Assembly (NCBI GenBank): GCA_964035545.1
Contig: CAXIUT010000013.1
Span: 1-43,686, forward strand
Source of the DNA: Bugula neritina
Taxonomy: Eukaryota > Animalia > Bryozoa
Reading direction: 5' to 3'
Length of the DNA stretch: 43,686 nt
Shown: in pieces, positions 23,750-38,209 of the stretch
How the letters are laid out: the number at the start of each line of letters is the position of its first letter
How positions within the stretch are numbered: position 1 is the first letter of the stretch
Made by a program: the position numbers and the translations under genes
The notes under the pieces: generated by a model
Databases searched by the model: none
The model's input: the letters and a program-made list of their open reading frames with translations, nothing else
Told to the model about the DNA's origin: nothing

Positions 23750-26700
23750 TCACTAGAATTATTTTAGTTTGCGATCTCTCTTTACTCGATACTTCTTCCT
23801 TCTCAGCTAGTTGAGACCCTCTGTAGTACTGATAGCATTCTTTTAGTTAGTTTATATCTTTTACTTGATAGGCTCAATATTGACAGTATTGATTGAAAGG
23901 TTGGGCTATTGATAGTTCATCAAAGAAGCTTAGTTTATCCAAGTGGTTGATTGTTTTGTTGATTTTCCTTTATTATCTTGTATTTTATCTTACAACTATT
24001 CATTCAGGTTATCGATAGTTGCCTCTATGTTATCATTTTATTTATTTTTGCCCAAAACCTCTTGAGATTGTTAATTGGCAACAACATTTTATTCCCTTTT
24101 CAAACACTTAGTTCCATAGACCATATACAAAAATATAACGATAGCCAGCCCAATAAATCCAAAAATTTGAAAATAGTTCAAAATCAACAAACCAACAGCC
24201 ACGTCCATCCTCTCACCTTACGCTTTGAATATAGAAATAGCTAAGACTATCAATTGAAGCATATATAAGAGCTAGTATATTCTGATAAATATTTTAATGT
24301 AGAAAGGATAAGGACAGTAACAAAAACTATATAACACCCATATACCAAATATAGCTAAAGCCGATCCGATCTGCAGTTGAGAATCATAAGAAAACACAAC
24401 CAATAACATACCAACAAGCATGGATCGTAGCACCATGAAAGGTAGGTAGAGTCGAGATAGACTATACTTTTTATTTTTTTGTTAAAAACAAAACCAAAGA
24501 ACCATACATTTTTTACTTGAAACTGAATCAGCTTTAAACCTAATGCAAGCTATAAACAATCGAATCAGATAGATAAGATAGTATAAAACTATAAAAATAG
24601 AAAGAATTAATTTCAAATAGTTTATTTATTAATTCTGTCCTATTATTATTTTGAATGAGGCAGTAGCATAGACTGATATTTCATTTATTGTCAAAATATA
24701 CAATACTATTATAACAGACTATTGAAATATAGAAGTTACCATTGACAATATTTTATAGTAGTTGTCTGATCTATCCTTAGTTCTGGCTACTATACATCCT
24801 AATACTATCCCCAAGAACCATAACAAAACAGTCAAAATAAAAATAACCAAAAACCAATCAAAAAGATATTGCCAATTACCACCCCTCATAAACAATGACT
24901 ACAACTATTGTGTGTTACTATAGACCAACAATCTACTACTATCATCATTTACTTTGTTTAAAAAGGTACTAGGTGAGGTATAACGATAGTGTTCAAGTAC
25001 TCTATCGCTTTGACCAACAGCTGACGAGTTTAAATAGTAAAAATTGCCATATTATTGTTGGTAGTATATTGTAAATAATGCAGAAAAACCATTCAAACAT
25101 AATATGCTACTAACTCCACTCAAATATGTCACACCATTACTCATAGAAATCAAAATCTAATTTGCCTTTTACAAATGCTCATAACTCTATCTATCGCAAC
25201 TGCCATCGCCCAAGTCAACAGATCCTGACCAACATTCACAATATCCACTTACAGCCATCGAAGAACGATCTCCTCGGTATTGAGAACAAGCAATACATGA
25301 ACTGAAACTCGAGGAAGTACAAGTTTTACAGTTAGGATGGCATTACTGTTCTATTTGCTGTTAATCTAAGTAAAAGCCAATAGTAATGCATGCACTTTCC
25401 ATAGAAAGAAAATATCCAGAATTGCAACTTAGACATGCACTATCTAAACAGGTAGAACAACGAGATTAGCAAGTAATACAGGCAGAATTAGATAAATAGT
25501 ATCCTTAGGGACAACTTGATAAACACTGACCATTGTGATAAATAAAGTTATCCAAACAACTCAAACAACCAAGAGACGTTAGGTTAGTACAAGTCCCACA
25601 AGGATAAATACAAGCAACACATCTAAAAGATATCAATATGTGAGTATTATCAGTCGGACAACTAGATACACAAAGCTAATTCCTCAAATAACTACCTGAC
25701 ATACAAGACAAACATTTAACCTTTGAACGATATACACAAGAAGTACAGTTTTGAGGACAAGTCTAGCAAATGGCATTGATAGCGTATGTTCCAGAGGGAC
25801 AACTGCCCCAACAAGACCCATTGGTCATCAAATAAAAAGGATTTAGGCATGAAGTACATACAGATAGCGAAGAACAAGTCAAACAGTAACCACTGCAAGA
25901 TACGCATTGACCAGATAGAGGATATGTTGTGTTGGGGCAAGTAGTAACGCAATACCCTTCATAAGAGTATACTGGACATGCTGTAACTGTTGTACACGAA
26001 GATCCGATCAAAGAATAACCAGAAATACATGATGTGCAATCCAAAATAGTTCCATTATTGCAAGTAGAACAAGGAAATGTGCATGGCTGGCAAGTACCAT
26101 CATCATAGTATCCACTATCACATTCACAACTGGTAGTACTAGGAGCATATGTTCTAAAAGTACCTGAATAGCAACTAAGACACTATGTATCTAGAGCACC
26201 TGTGCAAGTTTGACAACTACTATGGCAACTAACACAGTGTAGAGTACTATTTTGATATTTACCTGTTGGACAGACACAAGAGGATCCTGATAGCACAGTT
26301 CCAAATCCAATATTACAAGACAAACAGCTAGAAGCAGTAACATTGCAAGTCTGACAGTTGCTATCACAAGCAGAACAAACTAAACCATTCAAGTAGAATC
26401 CATTGCTGCAAAAGCATTGATAGTTGTTCAAATAACTACCAGAATGGCAAGCAGTGCAATTGGTCGAGATCACACTGCAAGTCTGACATAAAAGAGAACA
26501 AACTGTACATACTTGAGATGATTAGTAATAACCTGTTTTGCATGGACATGAATTTAAAGTCAAATTTCTAAAAGCAACACAAGATAGACATTCATTGTCA
26601 TTTCCACCAGAACATGTCTGACAGGAATAGTGACATATTTCACATATAGGATTAGTACCATTGTTGTAGTATCCTGACATGCATGGACACTCTAATTTCA

Positions 26701-29700
26701 CTGAATCCCAACTCCGAAACAATGAACTATCGCAAGATAGACATTGTGAATAATATTGACATCTCAAACAGGAATAAGAACATGATAGACAAGTTGTCTG
26801 ACTGCCATCATCGTAGTAACCAGTATCACATGGACAAGTATTATTGGCTTGAATTGTTCTAAATGAAAGCAAAGGGCATGACAAACAGTAAGTACTAGTA
26901 TTTGAACAAGATTAACAAGTATAGGAGCATTGACTGCATGTGATTCCGCCGTTATCGAAGTACTGGCTCAAACATGGACAAGAATTGGCAGAAAAGTATC
27001 TATTAACTCCAGAATAGCAAGAAGTGCAATTAGTACTAATAGTATCACAAGTTTGACAAGAAGAACTACAATTTTAACACAATCCAGAACTATTTTAGAA
27101 TGTACCATTTTTACACAAACAATCATTATTGGATAAAATTCTAGTAGAATCACAAGACAAACAAAAACCTGGCAACCCACTACAAGTCAAACAGACAAAA
27201 GAACAAAGCTGACAAGAATCCAAATTAACAACATCGAAATAACCAATTAAGCAATCACAACTATAAGAAGTAGTCAGTCCTCGATTGAGAGTGGCATTGC
27301 ATGATGTGCAATTAGTCGATAACCCAGAACAAGTTAGACATTTAGAAGAACATGAAGAGCAGATAACAGGACCAGAATCATAGTAACCATCAATACAGAT
27401 ACAATTCCCATTTGGTGAATATACCAGTGTTCTAAAATACAGAGATTGACAGGATGTGCAATTAGTTGATACTGTACTACAACTAGAACAACTAGACAAA
27501 CATGGTTGACAGGTAGTCGATATGCCATCGTCGTAGTATCCGACATAACAAATGCACTAACCCGTAGATAGAGTTCGATTTGCTGTACAAGATAGACAAG
27601 TCGAAGAGGTGATTCCCGAGCAAGTCGCACAGGAATGGTGACAACTAGAACAACTACCATTGCTATATACATCTACATATCCATTGCTATCACATAGACA
27701 ACTAGTTCCAGCATGGAAACGACCTGACTCGCTGTGACAGCTATCGCAACTAGAAGAATTTATAGAACATGTCAAACAAGAGGAATCGCATTGCTGACAA
27801 ATAGCAGTGTTCACTTATACATAACCAGATTGGCAATCACAACTTGTCGTCAATGAATTAAACAATCTATGGTTGACTGAACTGCATGTCAAACAGTCGA
27901 ATTATGTCCCATTCGAACAAGTTGAACAGTAACTATGGCAAGCTACACACACATCGTTATGATCATAGTAATTGCTAGGACATAAACAAGTCGAAACTGT
28001 TAAAGTTCTCATCATTCCGCTCACACAACTGAGACAATTGCTATTCAGTGGTCCATTACAAGTCATACAGGTAGGATAGCATGTTTGACATTGAGCAGTA
28101 GAAGCCTAGTAGTATCCAGCATCACAGGGACAAGTATTATCAGTACTATTATGAGTCCTGAAATTAGTAGCATTACAACTCAGACAATTAGTACTTGAAC
28201 TCCAACATGTGTGACAAGAATATTGGCAACTATCGCACATCTATGAAGAAGTGCCGTTATCGTAGTACGTATCCATGCATCCACAAGTATAATTTCCTAA
28301 TATTTGACGATGCATGCTAGAATTACATGACAGACAGTTAGATGACCATTTATTAAAACAGGTCCCAGTCCCACAGCTATAGGCACAGCTGCTGCAAGTT
28401 TAAGCTCCTGTATCATAATGCCCAGGAGTACAAGGACAAGTATTTCCACTTAACACTCTCTCTTGACTGGCCTAACAACTCAAGCAGCTCGCAGCAGTTG
28501 GACCAGAACAAGTTTTACAAGTGTACTAGCAAGCAGGACAGATAAGACTGCTACCGTCATCATAGAATCCACCTCCAACATCACACTCACAAACACTACC
28601 ATTCAACACTCTATTCTGACCATTATGACAAGCCGTGCAAGTAGTAGCAGTTGTTATGCATTGGAAGCAAGTAGCATCGCAGAGCTAGCAATAACGTGTT
28701 GCATTGGCAAATTGACCAATACTGCCATTGCAGTTGTCATTGCATCGCCAGTGATTATACATGTAGTATCGATTGGGAGCGATATCAGGGCAGAAGTAGT
28801 TTTGCAGGGTGACATAGGTATAAACCAAATTATAATTATTATCTAGATTTCCTGTAAACTAAGCAGTAACAACCATTTTGGTATAATCTCTGCCTAAAGA
28901 AGTTATATCGAATGCCACCTTAGTTGAACTATCTCCCACCCATTCAGCTAGTATCCTATCAACTCCAATAAAAAACATCTCACTGTTATAAGGAGCATCG
29001 ATAGTGGTATAAGTTTGAGCTGTTTTGAAAGTATGTGACGAAGATTTGGTTCCACAAGTACTTAAAAATGCACAACCAATCGACGAACGTCCATAAGTTA
29101 TACGCTGATGATGCTGATCGGCATTTGCAATAGAAGGTTAAAAAACTACTATATAGAATGAAACAAAAGACAACTCTATCTCCCCGTAGGCAGTTATGTT
29201 AAACTACAGATATGTAGTGTACCATTTAACCGGCACAACAGCCACACCCAAGTATGTCTAATTATACAAATTTACACTACCTACGCTTCTAACATCGAAT
29301 CCCGAAAGAGTAACCAACCCATGGGGATTAACTTTAGTAGAATAGCTAAAAGTATCTTAAAAACATCTACATTCCAGGAAACAAGTATCGCCTGCCATTG
29401 AAGAATCATAGACCGAATCAGTCGAACCTAGATAGAAAATACAATACTAAAGGTATATTCTAGATAATGCATTTCGAAATAGGGACTGTATGATACAATA
29501 TAACTAATTCTCAAAATATTGATAGGTTCTTTATTGTTATTGACTCTCACAGATATCCTCAAGGCACTACTGTTTAAACTGACTATCTACATCCTGAATC
29601 CATGCTTTTCTTGCTCAAATTCATAGTCTACACCCGCGATGGCCAAAGATGCATTCAAAGATGGTGTCGACATCCCCCAGTTATAAGTTACCACGTATGT

Positions 29701-29850
29701 TGTTGTTGACGTAAATGCAGATGATATTATATAAACTAGACCTGTCTGATAGGTTGGATCTGGTTGGATAGGAGTGCCCACTACTACTCCTGATTGGCAC
29801 ACTTTCAATAATATACAAAGAAGTAGAAAGAATGCTTTTAGTTTAATCAT
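23750..29850 (-). CDS. Giant cysteine-rich (furin-like/growth-factor-receptor repeat) surface protein with signal peptide and C-terminal multi-pass membrane region
   Basis: Signal peptide MIKLKAFFLLLCILLKVCQS, dozens of CxxCxxxCxTC...CxSC...CxCxxGYYD repeats (~25300-28800), several hydrophobic segments at ~24000-25100, TGA at 23750. Exon structure not fully resolved. Confidence 0.85.
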
Positions 29851-29901
29851 TAGAGGTATTATTATGATTTAGTTATATATAATTATTTCAAAATAGTAAC
29901 G

Positions 29902-31491
29902 ATGTTGGGGTTGGGGTTGGGGTTGGGGTTGGGGTTGGGGTTGGGGTTGGGGTTGGGTTGGGGTTGGGACAACCACCTACACTTCTCAACCAAACAGTCT
30001 ACCATCCAACGCGCCAACTCTCTCAGAAAGATAAGCTCACTTCAACCAACTTTTACCCCAACTATAAACTAAATTCCCTTTGAAATATACCCATAACGTA
30101 TGAAAACCTAAGTATCAAAGCAACAAATAGTATAGCGTTTGCTTGACGACAGAAGAGAAAAGGCCTAGAGTTTAAGAGCAGAAAAAGCCAAGATAGATGA
30201 TGTAAATTGTACAAGATATTGTACATTTCAGCCATAAATAAACTACTAGTCAAAAAGAATAGCTAATCAAGAACCAAAATCAATAAAATAAACTCATCTA
30301 AGACTATATTAATAAGGAATATCAAAGATAAAAAATAGTTAGTGTACTAATATAACAGAATAATATAAATAAAATTGTACATTCCAGCCTAACATCAATA
30401 AATAAAAAAGTAACGACGATAATTTGACTCCTATCTATCACAGATTGTAATAAATAATAAAAACAAAGAAAGAGTATATGAAAAAATTACAAGGATAGCA
30501 CTATGAGTAATAACTAAAAACAAAGCCTGAGATAAATCAGAAATCAAAGGAATTGATATAGACTAAATAAAATTTCAAAAAAAATGTACTATAAAGATTA
30601 TTTACACATCTAAAATAAAAAAACAATAGACTATAAATATTAACATAATAAAAGAAATAATAGATCAGTAAACAATGCACCTTTAAACCTTAAATAAATT
30701 ATAATTCACTAGCACTATCAGATGATAATTTCATCTAAAGACAATAAAAATAAGCATAAAATAAAAAATAAAAAATATTGCATCTTAAATAACTAGAATA
30801 GAATACTTTTCAACCTACTATTAATAAGTTGTCTAATTTGCTAATATAGTCATAAAGAATCGATTAAACACAGTAAGATAAAGTTGAAAGGCTACATAAA
30901 TAACCACTAAATTAAAGAAAAATATAAATATAAAAGAAAAAATAATAAATATATAAGAATTGTACATTTCGACCTTAAATAAACTAATTTTCTAAAAATG
31001 TAAAAGGAATTCCTCACTCACATCGATGCCAATGCCACCCCAAAGAATAAAATTATCATTTTCACCCTTAAATAAATCAAAAATCAAGATAAATAGCTCA
31101 AAAACCAAGAAATAAATAATAAGGAGTAACAACAGAACAAGCTAGATTATAACTATAATATAGATAAATGAAATAATGCACATTTAAACCTAAAACTTTT
31201 GGAAATAGCTATAGAAATAACAATAAAAAAACATAGCTTAAAAACATACCAGGATCTCAAGCCTATACCTCCAGAATTTAAAAAGCAAAATTGAAAAAGA
31301 AATAATAAGAATAAATCAAAAGTAAATTATTCTAAATCGACAAAAGATACGTATAAAGAAAATAAACAAGACCTGAACCATTTAGGTTAAGCACAGGAAT
31401 AAACAATAAATAAAAAATAAAATAAAATGTTGAAGAATAATTTAAAAAATTACATCCTTTCAGACCATAAATCATTGATAAAATTAGATGA
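29902..31491 (+). CDS. CTF(K/Q/R)PxIN-repeat coiled-coil protein, with a telomeric tract in frame directly after the ATG
   Basis: ATG 29902 to TGA 31489-31491 is 1590 nt: M-(LG)8-LGWGW-DNHLHFSTKQ..., with repeats PTFTPTIN, CTFQPEIN, CTFQPNIN, CTFKPEIN, CTFRPEIN, FSPEIN, HPFRPEII. Confidence 0.8.
29905..29968 (+). repeat. Interstitial telomeric tract 3, (TTGGGG)n with one 5-nt variant unit
   Basis: Eight perfect units, then TTGGG (29953-29957), TTGGGG and TTGGG. Confidence 0.97.
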
Positions 31492-31820
31492 TTTGCATAA
31501 CTACCCTTATATTCTTTTATGCCCTTTGATACTATCATATTTTAACATCAAATAAGTATTCATAAATCTTATCAATATATTTTATTTTATTTGATTATTA
31601 GAAGTCAACTACTTTTTTAAATATTGTGATAGAAATATTCAATATTTCATAATTATTCATATTTTATCATTTTGAACTGATAAGTAGCCTAATATCATTG
31701 AGTAGATTGATATCTACTGATATGAGTCCATCATAATTATTATTTTTATTACTAGTAATTTTTAATGCTACTGTTTGATAGTTTAAACCCGATTTCTATT
31801 TTTTTCTATATAATTTAAAA

Positions 31821-32717
31821 ATGAAAGCAATACTTCTCACTCTCTGCCTCACTTCTCTGGCACTCAGCAACCTAGTTTCCCTCACAGCTGTCTGCCCAGA
31901 CCACCAAGTCATCAGCTCCTAAGGGCAATGCATCCAACCTGTTTTCATCAGAGGATGTTAAACATATCTAAGCGAACAAGAATGTGATACCTGCATCGGT
32001 GGTAACATATCAATTTATTCAGGATTTGAAGTTAAATAAGGAAAATGTGTCTAGAAAGCTGGATAGATGAGAATCGCCCTTCCCATCTTTGATGGCTGCC
32101 TTTAAAGTGATAGAAATTCTTGCACCAAATGCGCTATGGGCTTTAGAAAGCTTGAAGGAAAGTGTGTTTAAGGTATTAAATACTGCACTGAATACAATGA
32201 AGAAGGTCAATGCTCTAAATGCCAACCTCAATATTCTTTGATGTTTGGAAGTTGCAGACATAACTACATGTTAGGTTGCAAAGTTTAACAAAACGATCAT
32301 ACCTGCTTGGAATGCAACTGGCCTTTCCATCTAGAAAACGGACAATGCATCATTCCTCACTGCAAACTCTACAATGACTATGGTTGTTATGCTTGTTAAT
32401 GCGGATTTTTCATCAACAAAAAGAGCTATTGTGAAAAGATGGCCGATGGATGTCTTAAATACTACAGATAAAAATGTGTAAAATGTCTTCCTCACTTTAC
32501 TCTCAACGAAGGATCCTGTTCAATCGATGGCTGTCTCCACGCAGAAAAAGGAGTGTGCTTTACTTGTAAAAAAGAATACGATCTTAAAGAGGGAAGCTGT
32601 TTCTTCAAGAACTGCTTAAGTTGGGAGAACGATACCTGTCGAGTTTGCAAATAAGGGTTCAACTTGGTAAAAGGTCAATGCGAAAAAGCAACCAAAAGGT
32701 TTGTGTGTACAGAATGA
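31821..32717 (+). CDS. Secreted cysteine-rich repeat protein
   Basis: Signal peptide MKAILLTLCLTSLALS and repeated CxxCxxGFxLxxGxCxxxxC units. Probable 21-nt intron at 32002-32022. Confidence 0.85.
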
Positions 32718-32781
32718 TCTGATATTGATTAGAACTTATGATAATAAATATGAGATGAAATTATGATAATAAATATATGAG

Positions 32782-33426
32782 ATGAACTCTATTAACAAAA
32801 GAATAGTACATATCGATCAAGGAGTTATGTAACTCATCTATAAAACAAAGCCAAGCAGAACCTTTCAGTATCACCACATCCCTTTCAAAAGAAAAAATAC
32901 AAAAGCTAAAACAACCTTATCAAACTATCAAAAATAATCAATGAATGTGACTTCTCACTGGTCTTATAGAAGAAAATCAGACAGAAGCACAAGAATATCT
33001 ACTCAACCTCTATACCCTCATCACTAATCAGCTCAACTAGATGAGACTCTAACAAGCCATATGACATCAACATAGAGTTGTTTTAATTTCAACCCGACAG
33101 TTAAAACTAAAGACAGTCGCAGATAAAGTGATAAGAATGAGATTTATGGTAGAATAAAACAATTCAATCGACAACTCATGAGCAGAATATATAATATTGA
33201 ACCAAATATCACTTAAAACTACCTGAACAATTCTCATATTGAACATAAATCAAGTATATACGAGAAATAATACAAAAAGTAAGAAGATTTAAGTAAAACT
33301 GCTTGCCAAACTGAATTGAGATGGACTTAGAAGTAAAAATAAATAAGACATGGACCAAACCTGCCTGGTTCAGGACTATCAAATAAAAAGATAAATAATA
33401 TACTTAAAATAAGAACAACAAATTGA
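32782..33426 (+). CDS. Hypothetical protein
   Basis: 215-codon ATG-to-TGA frame under TAR=Glu; no motif recognised. Confidence 0.55.
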
Positions 33427-33662
33427 AGACTTTTCATTTGAAACATCAACGTTCAAAGACTTATTCAACCACAAAACCTGATATAAAAAAATTATGTTAA
33501 AAATATTAGTTTTAACCTTGGTAAGCACAGTAAGATAAAGAACTATCATAATGCTGAAATAAATATCCGTAAATATGATCTTATTCTTGATAAATAAATA
33601 TTATTATTATTATTGGATTGATAAAGAAACCTTATTTAAATAAATCAAAATTCTAATTAAGA

Positions 33663-36600
33663 ATGGAATCAACTCATTTTCGAAAGAAAGTATTTCTAAA
33701 CACAATCTCTTCCACCCTTATCCGTCACTCTGGCACTCTAGCCCCCCAGTGGATATCATAGAGTCAATTCAATCTAGTATCAGCCTACTAGTTTGCCTAC
33801 CACAACATAGAATAATAAATCACACAAATAGTAAGTCGCTAACAAAAGTAAAACAAGATTCTGTGCATTCAAAGCAAGCCATAGATGAACAAATTCAACA
33901 GCTAAATCAGTTACGTCTATTAGTCTAACGACAAATACTATCTCAATACATTATCAGTCGAGAACAGGTCGATAATGTTGTATAAAAATGATAGTTAGAA
34001 TAAAGAGTACAATGTTTTTGAATACATTGACAAGATGACAGGAGATGATGCCTTACAAAGTAGTAAAAGCCTTGTCTGCAGGACCAATAAACTCATTTAA
34101 GAAATCAAATAACAATAATAACTGTCATATCCTTAAAAATGTATACATACGATGACTGCCATCAACAAACTACATCTAGTACTCGATAAATTTGCTACCC
34201 TAGTGGTATAGCTAGGATCCAAAAATGGTATAATGATTGCTAATCTATGGAAATGTAAAAGATAAAACAATAATAATTTTAATTGTCCAGTAAGAGCAGC
34301 AAGCACCCACAAAAACATCCCATAACTATCAGCATAGTAAAGCTAGTCCTATAGAATCATATATTTATTTCCTTAAAAAATAATCAGCCTGCATGCAACC
34401 AAAAATATCACTCAATTCATACTAACCACATAAAGTCATATTCTCCTTTTAAAAATAAATTACTAAGTGATGGAACTGAGTACAGTTTATAGTATAAAAG
34501 TCAAAACAGTGCAAACATCTTTAATTCAAGTTTAAAGCGATGAAATTGTATTGAGTTTATGTCAAAACTATAAGAAATAAAAGTATATAAGGACATGGAT
34601 GGTATAAAGCAAGAAATTATAAGAGATAGGGCTTCAAAAAAAGAAATAATCAGTCCAATAACAACATAGATAATCAGTCCAATAACAACTCAAATAAAAG
34701 CATTCAACTCACAATGTCAAATTCAGTACCAATATACTATGTTCCTAATACCAAATATAGTAGTTTCCATAAATAAAATCTATTGAAGATGATATCACCA
34801 AAGGAGCCTTCATGTCATCATACCACAAAATGCTAATGGAGGGCTAAAGTAGTCAAAAATAACTCATCTCATAAAAATAAATACTCCTCAAAATGAACTC
34901 GAATAATAACCAATCTTTAACCAATTTCAGTAAAATAAAATAAATAATCAATTTTGACCTTGACAGTATCAAAGGAGTTACAAGTAATAAAGATTTAGTG
35001 ATATTTTGGTAAAAGAATTCAGCTGTTTTTCATATATTTAGAATAATAGGATCAAAATAACAATACTAAATCCATTAAAAACTATAGTAATAAAATAAAA
35101 CCACGAATAACCTTAAAACATTGAATAAAATAAAATAAAAATAAGTTAATTAAGCCTTCAACTAACTCGTTGGCATCAACTTTAATAAATAAATCCATCA
35201 AAAAGTATCATTTTAACCTAAATTGTCAAAAATAGCTAAAATATAAATAGACATCATCCAAAAACAAATTAAAACACTTGTACTATCACCTAATAACTCT
35301 AATCTACTCATAGTAGCTGGGTCAGATAACACATAAGCAGTCTAATTCAATGTCTTTCAACTAGACCTCTTCAGACAACTCGGCAACCAAGACCCGAATA
35401 TCTTCATCAAACCCATCAAAAACATCTACACAGCCAAACCAGTCTAGTACATTGCCAGTGGACTAGTAAAATAGTGGAACCTCTACCTAAGTGGCAACCT
35501 CATCCACAGTTTGTAAAACTAACTGCTAGAAGGAGTAATATCATTTGATATTCACCCCTATGGATACTTCATGGCAGCTTCTTTCGGCTTCAGTACTAAA
35601 ATATATGCAATATAAGGCAACTAGAGTTTAACATCTATGTTCACAATGAACGGCCAAGGCATGAAGCAGGTAAAATACAGTCCATTGGGCAATCAGCTGG
35701 TGATATTAACTAGTAAACAGATAAAGGTAATAGATTCTTATAGTTTTGCTACAAAATACCAAATAACAGACAAAACAAGTAACTTCACTAAATGTTCATT
35801 CAGCACGAATGGCCTATAGTTTTACACTTTCAGCTAAAACAACCAACTAAATATCTACAACAGTTTCACCTACACCAAATCATAAAACATAAAACCACTC
35901 AGACAAATAACCTAGTACAAACCCGTCTCGTTAAAAAGCTACCTCAAAATAGGACAATACTGCCTAGTACTATAAAACGGATCACTTTATATCAGATATA
36001 AAGCCAATTCTGTTGTAGTTACCTTGGAATAAATATATTGCTACCTGGATAAATAAAAAATAAAATGCATCTAAATAGATTAAAATAATGGAATTTTGTT
36101 TATAGGATGCGCCAGTGGTAAACTCAGAGCACATCTATGGCCCATCAAATAACAAAATGACTTCTAACATTATACAGAAATACAAACCAGCTTTACAGCC
36201 GTCAACAGCTTAGCTCTATCTAACATCACCTCAGCTATCTACGTTGGAAACCTCGATGGCAACATCTCAAAACTAAAATACAACATCGATCACAGAAAGA
36301 ACAAAACAGACAGGTAGCCCAATGTGCTACTAACATAAAGACATTTTAAAAAATACGGAAAACAAAGTAACAACCTCCTTAAAATGTACAACTACTGCTT
36401 ATCGAATAATATAATTCTATCAACCGAGTAAACACCATAAAGGATAAGACTATAATACAAATTATCATAGGTAATACAGAAGTTAAACTCATAACTTAAA
36501 AAGCTAAAATAAAAAATGAAATAGGAAATATAATAACGTCTACTCATGACGAATTAAAGAGTTGATTTTGAGATGCTGCATCACATGAACTAAATAATTT

Positions 36601-38045
36601 CTAGAAAACTGAGCAATCAACTAAAATAGGAAATAGCTAGCAATAACTAGTAGATATAGTAGTAAATGATGAAATAAGATAGAAGTTGTTAGAAAATAAA
36701 GGAATAATATCAATAACTAATCAAATAAAAAAGTTTTAACATCTACAGTTATGCTTAATAAAGAAAAAACATAAAATAGTAAATGGTCAAAGAAATACAA
36801 CTATTAATTAAATAACAAAACAACAAACTAAAATAATTATAAAATAAAACAAGGTCAGCCTAAGTCATGAAAGACAACAAAGAGTAGTCGATCTATTACC
36901 TACCTAACAACTAGATAGGGTAATACAGATAACTATCATAGCAACTATCTTGTCAACTGCAATATTAACATAAAAGACATAACGAGTTAAAGAAAGAATG
37001 TGTGAATAAGTAGACAGCAATTCATGGTATAAAATCTAAGAAAATAAAATAAGAGGCGTTGTAGTTTAAAATTAATTTATAGAATAACTAACTAGATAAA
37101 AAGTTATAGTATAATATATCAATAGGCAACGACCTTAAAAATAAAATAACACAATCCTAACAAAAAGTATATCAAATACAAACACAAGCATTCGTTATCA
37201 AAAATAATGCACAGTACAAAAGAATAGCCAGAGTCGATCAAATGATAGATGCCTGTTCCTATAAACTATGGGTTAAATAAAAATTATAAGAATAAGATAT
37301 TGCCTCTCTATCTCACTATCTCAGATAAATCGATAACATACTGCAAAATAAAGGAAATTAAATAGCAAATATCATCCTAGATAAAAACACTCACAAATAA
37401 AAAATAACAACTTTCAATACACACCTTAACAACAAAAAATAATAGCTCAATCAAGTCAAATTAAATCTACTAACCAGCAGAAACCAGTTAAGAAATGTAG
37501 ATGTGCTATAGTTATACAGAATAACAAAAAATAGAAGAAGAAGCAAGCCAAGATATAGCCATAAAGTAGGTTTAAATAATAGTAAATAATAGTAAAACAA
37601 AATAACAAGTATGAATTCATCAAGGATACTATAAGTGAATAGATAGATACCCATGTACAATCGTTTGATGGACAAATAGGGCAACCTATTGAAGACATCA
37701 ATGAAAAATCATCATAGAAAGATCAATAAATTAGCAAAATAGAATGGAAATTTACTACATTAATATTAAAAATTACAATTGGAAAAGAAGTAGCTGTCAG
37801 GAAAACAAAAGTAAACCATCAGATCTCTAGATAAAATAAAAGTATAATAATAAATCATCAAAAAAACTATCAAACAAAAATAAGATAAACCTCTACTACT
37901 ACAAACCAGCAAAACCTCATTCCAAAAATACCTACAACTCAAAAGCAACCACAGAATGTCCAACAAATACAAAACAGCCACCTCCACTCCCAGGCACCTC
38001 ACCACCTCAACCATCCTAGACAAGTGCCCAATTGTTATCGACTGA
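33663..38045 (+). CDS. WD40 plus coiled-coil ciliary protein, CFAP57/WDR65-like (divergent)
   Basis: EGVISFDIHPYGYFMAASF, KQVKYSPLGNQLVIL and ILFIGCASGKLRAHLWPI resemble CFAP57 WD blades (SLHPSG, FSNGGHLFA, FVGTSxGxIR), followed by a long C-terminal coiled coil. Internal frame not fully verified. Confidence 0.65.
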
Positions 38046-38049
38046 TTTA

Positions 38050-38200
38050 AATATATTATTTAATAACATCCTTTCTACTGTATAATTTATAACATCATCT
38101 ACAATATCGTTTAGTAAAATCATCTACTATATAATTTATAACATCCTTTTATATATATTAGATTTAATAACATCCTTTACAATATAATTTAATAACATCA
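38050..38200. repeat. Degenerate intergenic tandem repeat (ATAATTTA(A)TAACATCC-like)
   Basis: About 6 imperfect copies between genes. Confidence 0.7.
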
Positions 38201-38209
38201 ATTTACTAT

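Noticed and set aside
14024-29968. Internal telomeric tracts as end-to-end fusions, telomere-bearing transposon ends or introns
   Set aside because: All tracts share one orientation with no inverted partner, no transposase or terminal inverted repeats were seen, and the tracts lack GT-AG boundaries on the coding strand.
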